A stretch of 32,000 bases of DNA, taken from Methanocaldococcus jannaschii DSM 2661 (lineage in GTDB: Archaea > AGJL01 > Methanococci > Methanococcales > Methanocaldococcaceae). Every line of letters starts with the position of its first letter. Within the stretch, counting starts at the first letter, position 1. The stretch spans positions 760,712 through 792,711 of the forward strand of contig NC_000909.1 of NCBI RefSeq assembly GCF_000091665.1. Reading direction: 5' to 3'. Shown piece after piece: positions 29,286 to 32,000 of this stretch. The translations under genes were made by a program, and so were the position numbers. The notes beneath the pieces are model-generated. The model saw only the letters and a program-made list of their open reading frames with translations, had not been told where the DNA came from and searched no databases.

Positions 29286-30531
29286 GCTCCCCTTTCAATC
29301 CAAACGTCTTAGCATCAGTAATTTTCACTTTTCTAAACTCTCCTACCTCCCCTCCTTCAAATTTAACAACTTTAAAGTTGTCAGTATAACCTTTTCCCTC
29401 ATCTAAAACTAAAACTTTCATAGCCTTTCCAATATACTTTTTGTTATTTAGATAGCTCAACTCCCTCCTCAATTTATCTAAAATTTCACTTCTTCTCTTT
29501 CTAATTTTTGTATCTATCTGCTTCATCTTTGCTGCCTCAGTTCCTTTTCTTTGAGAGTATTTAGCTCCGTGAATATAGTCTGGCTTTAACTCCCTCAAAA
29601 CCTCTAAGGTATTTTGAAACTGCTCCTCTGTCTCTCCGGGGAATCCAACGATTATATCTGTTGTAAAGCAGAGATTTTTAATTTTCCTTCTGAATTCATT
29701 TACAATGTCTTTAAATTCATCTACTGTATAACCTCTCTTCATTCTCTTTAAAATCTCATCGTCTCCACTTTGTAAAGGCAAATGTAGAAATTTTCCAACT
29801 TTCTCATTTTGATAGACTTCTATAAGTTCATCTAAGATTAGTTCAGCATTTTTAGCATGCATCATTCCAACTCTCATTATAAACTCTCCCTTTATTTGAG
29901 TTAGCTCATTCAATAGGTTAGCTAAGTTATCTCCAATATCAAATCCATAGCATGCAGTATCTTGTGCAGTTATCAACAAGCATTTAGCTCCTTTATTTAT
30001 TAACTCTTTGGCTTTATTAACGATTTTTTCTCTTGGATAAGATATTAGCCCACCTCTTGCTATTTTCACAATGCAGTAACTGCAGTTTCCTATACAACCT
30101 TCACATATTGGCAATGGAGTAATTAATGATGGTTTTAAGTAATCTAACTTCTTATAGAGTGTTTTGTTGATGTCCTCTTCAATATATGGCATTCTGTAGT
30201 GTTTTTCAACGTAATTTTTCAATATCTCTCCAGCTTTGTGAGCTTCTCTTGGATATATATGTAGGAATCCTTTAACCTTATTCTTTAAAGCCTTTGGCAA
30301 ACATCCAGCAACAACAACCTCCTTTCCTAAATTTTTAAGTTCGTTTATTCTGTAAATCATTCTATTCTCTGTTTCTAATCTAACAACACATGTGTTTATT
30401 ATTGCAATATCTGCCTCTTCTAAGTTATTAACTACTTCAAATCCATGTTTTTTTAGAGAATTCTTTATAATTTCTGTATCAGCGGTGTTTAAAACGCATC
30501 CATAGCCCTCAACATATACTCTCATATCCAT
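29275..30531 (-). CDS. Archaeal threonylcarbamoyladenosine tRNA methylthiotransferase (CDKAL1/MtaB-like radical SAM)
   Basis: MRVYVEGYGCVLNTADTE, CEGCIGNCSYCIVKIARGGL, C-terminal TRAM-like region; start near 30531/30525 rather than 30558. Confidence 0.88.
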   Translation of the reverse strand: MDMRVYVEGYGCVLNTADTEIIKNSLKKHGFEVVNNLEEADIAIINTCVVRLETENRMIYRINELKNLGKEVVVAGCLPKALKNKVKGFLHIYPREAHKAGEILKNYVEKHYRMPYIEEDINKTLYKKLDYLKPSLITPLPICEGCIGNCSYCIVKIARGGLISYPREKIVNKAKELINKGAKCLLITAQDTACYGFDIGDNLANLLNELTQIKGEFIMRVGMMHAKNAELILDELIEVYQNEKVGKFLHLPLQSGDDEILKRMKRGYTVDEFKDIVNEFRRKIKNLCFTTDIIVGFPGETEEQFQNTLEVLRELKPDYIHGAKYSQRKGTEAAKMKQIDTKIRKRRSEILDKLRRELSYLNNKKYIGKAMKVLVLDEGKGYTDNFKVVKFEGGEVGEFRKVKITDAKTFGLKGELIL

Positions 30532-30645
30532 CACCACTTGTAAATAATATAACCACATATTTAAATTTTATGTTGTGCATTATTTAATAATAACCAAATA
30601 AGAAATAGAAAATAAAATAGCAATAGCAAGTTAGAGTTTATAAAC

Positions 30646-31029
30646 TTACTCAATCAAATCAGAAAATAGCTTTATGATATCCTTTGAGCTTAAAACACCA
30701 ACAATTTTATCTTCACATGGTGATTTCACATATAAATGATGAATCCCTTTTTCAGCCATAATCTCAACGGCTTTTTCTAATGGAGCTTCTGGGCTAACAG
30801 TTATTGGATTTGTTGTCATTATCTCCTCCGCTGTTTTATCTAAATCATTATAGTGTTTTAATACATCTGTATCTGTTATAATTCCCCAGAATGTCTCTCC
30901 ATCAGAAACTACGACAGATGATATATCATACTTTGCCATTGTTTTAATAACATCGCTTAATTTTGTATCTAAGGTTACTTCAACAACTCCCTTTTTCATA
31001 ACATCTCTAACCAAATACTTTGATATCAT
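30646..31029 (-). CDS. Tandem CBS-domain protein
   Basis: [35 protein letters not shown]...[35 protein letters not shown]. Confidence 0.9.
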
Positions 31030-31244
31030 GCTTACACCTCCTCAATTATATATTTACTATTCTTAGGTTTTTATAAATTCTCTTCTTTTTGAAACATACT
31101 GTAGTTATAAACCAAAATCTTTATATAGTCAAATATGACAATTGATGTATGATAACCTTCATATATTTCTTTGGCAATATCATCTATTACCTCCCAATTT
31201 ATTCATATATTAACAATTACAAATTTATGCTTATGGTGATAATA

Positions 31245-32000
31245 ATGGATGATTTAACTCAACTACCTGGTGTAGGTCCTACAACAGCTGAGAAGTTAAA
31301 AGAAGCTGGTTACACTGATTTTATGAAAATTGCAACTGCATCCATCGGTGAGCTAACAGAAATAGATGGAATTAGTGAGAAAGCTGCAGCCAGGATTATA
31401 GAAGCTGCAAGAGAACTCTGCAATTTAGGGTTTAAAAGTGGAACTGAGGTTTTATCCCAAAGAAAAAATATATGGAAGCTCTCAACTGGAAGTAAGAACT
31501 TAGATGAGATTTTAGGAGGAGGCTTGGAGAGTCAGTCAGTTACTGAATTTGCTGGAATGTTTGGTTCTGGTAAAACCCAGATAGCTCATCAGGCATGTGT
31601 TAATTTGCAGTGCCCAGAGAGAATAGTAGCAGATGACGCAATAAAGGATGAGATTTTAAATGAACCAAAGGCAGTTTATATTGACACAGAAGGAACATTC
31701 AGACCAGAAAGAATTGTCCAAATGGCAGAAGCTTTGGGTTTAGATGGAAATGAAGTTTTAAATAACATCTTTGTAGCAAGAGCCTACAACTCAGATATGC
31801 AAATGTTGTATGCTGAAAATGTTGAGAATTTAATAAGAGAAGGGCATAATATAAAGTTGGTTATAGTTGATTCATTAACATCAACATTCAGAACTGAGTA
31901 TATAGGAAGAGGTAAATTAGCAGAGAGACAACAAAAATTAGGAAGGCACATGGCTACTCTCAACAAATTAGCTGATATATACAACTGTGTTGTTATAGTA
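31245..32000 (+). CDS. radA: DNA repair and recombination protein RadA, N-terminal part, truncated by window edge (not in ORF track)
   Basis: ATG 31245 opens [32 protein letters not shown]...[21 protein letters not shown] (Walker A)...[12 protein letters not shown], 252 codons open to position 32000. Confidence 0.96.

Noticed and set aside
31784-31984. ORF 31784-31984 (-)
   Set aside because: Antisense to radA
31245-32000. Possible intein in radA at the Walker A region
   Set aside because: [13 protein letters not shown] is continuous and the frame stays RadA-like to the edge; no intein in the visible part
1-32000. CRISPR arrays or rRNA genes
   Set aside because: No regularly spaced direct repeats and no rRNA-like GC-rich blocks seen; the only tandem repeat is the 2x15 nt at 19844-19873

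Overview
The window reads as a stretch of a Methanocaldococcus chromosome, at or very near M. jannaschii (inferred from protein content and gene order, no search run). Its core is a methanogenesis island: mptB-like, mfnF-like and mmp10-like genes, a complete methyl-coenzyme M reductase operon (mcrBDCGA), and a complete methyltransferase operon (mtrEDCBAFGH). Left of the island are a class III pilin-like gene, an EppA-type prepilin peptidase, a Cys-rich protein, priS and two tRNA genes (Thr-GGT, Gln-TTG). Right of it are a V4R protein, a solo frame-disrupted tnpB element inserted in a minus-strand gene array, a GGPP synthase, RNase J, IPP isomerase 2, hdrC/hdrB, a B12-binding-type radical SAM protein, a HIT protein, a tRNA methylthiotransferase, a CBS protein, and the start of radA. 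The least explained signals are: (1) a GC-rich double hairpin with tandem G-A pairs and a GNRA loop abutting tRNA-Thr; (2) a duplicated 13-nt promoter-like motif between the tRNAs; (3) the tnpB element, whose two frames join by a -1 shift next to an A_AAA_AAT heptamer and which carries an omega-RNA-like fold and an extra 18/19 inverted repeat at its 3' end; (4) the long mcrG-mcrA spacer. I found no CRISPR array and no convincing new multigene defence system.
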